This document shows, piece by piece, positions 63,719-64,000 of a stretch of DNA of 64,000 nt; the first letter of the stretch is position 1; each line of letters begins with the position of its first letter. The DNA is from Podarcis tiliguerta. Its lineage: Eukaryota. Below the pieces are notes generated by a model, which saw nothing but the letters and a program-made list of their open reading frames with translations, was not told the DNA's origin and made no database searches. The translations under genes were made by a program, and so were the position numbers. Where the stretch lies: NCBI GenBank assembly GCA_965153285.1, contig OZ229110.1. One strand, given 5' to 3'.

Positions 63719-64000
63719 GAATCCCAGCAGCAGCCCCATTGAAAGAGACTATCATGGCATGGCTGAGATGTAGAGGATGTGGCAGTTGTATAGAGAGGCA
63801 GGCATGTCACTCCATGTTTCAGAGACTCCCAGCTTTGGAGCAGGAAGGATCTCGGGTGATAATTGAGGAAAGATGGTGGAGGTAGGGCAGCGCTGTGCCA
63901 GAACTCTCTCTCTCCAGACCAGTTATCGTTTAGCTTTTGTATTTGTGTATGCAAATACAACACACAGGAGTCACATCACATGATAGTGTGTCTTTTTCCA

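Noticed and set aside
58400-64000. F2 (prothrombin) exons expected by synteny
   Set aside because: No signal-peptide/propeptide or Gla-domain coding sequence recognisable in the window

Overview
Vertebrate nuclear DNA, almost certainly a squamate reptile and probably a lacertid lizard, judging from the repeats (tRNA-Lys/CR1-tail SINE, CR1, L2, L1, hAT and Tc1/mariner MITEs). The window holds the conserved ATG13-ARHGAP1-ZNF408 block. (1) The 3' 14 coding exons of ATG13 (+, 328-13971; 5' exons lie upstream of the window), including a 99-nt cassette exon. (2) The complete ARHGAP1/Cdc42GAP gene (-, 12 coding exons 22319-40871, 435 aa, probable non-coding exon 1 ending at 48785, ~3.6-kb 3'UTR). 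(3) The complete ZNF408/PRDM17 gene (+, 5 coding exons 49085-58316, 759 aa, degenerate PR/SET region plus 10 C2H2 fingers), head-to-head with ARHGAP1 on one CpG island. I traced exon boundaries by hand; all are GT-AG and phase-consistent. Most ORFs in the supplied track are incidental. I found no convincing new multi-gene system. The best leads are small-scale: an 89-bp-arm palindrome that extends beyond a MITE and was later split by a young CR1; a candidate poison/terminal exon in ARHGAP1 intron 3; a competing ZNF408 acceptor that would delete all zinc fingers; RBFOX/QKI motifs at the ATG13 cassette exon; a triple-overlap miRNA seed next to the ARHGAP1 poly(A) signal; and an RTEX-like RT fossil. 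Gene and repeat names come from recalled sequence similarity, not database searches.
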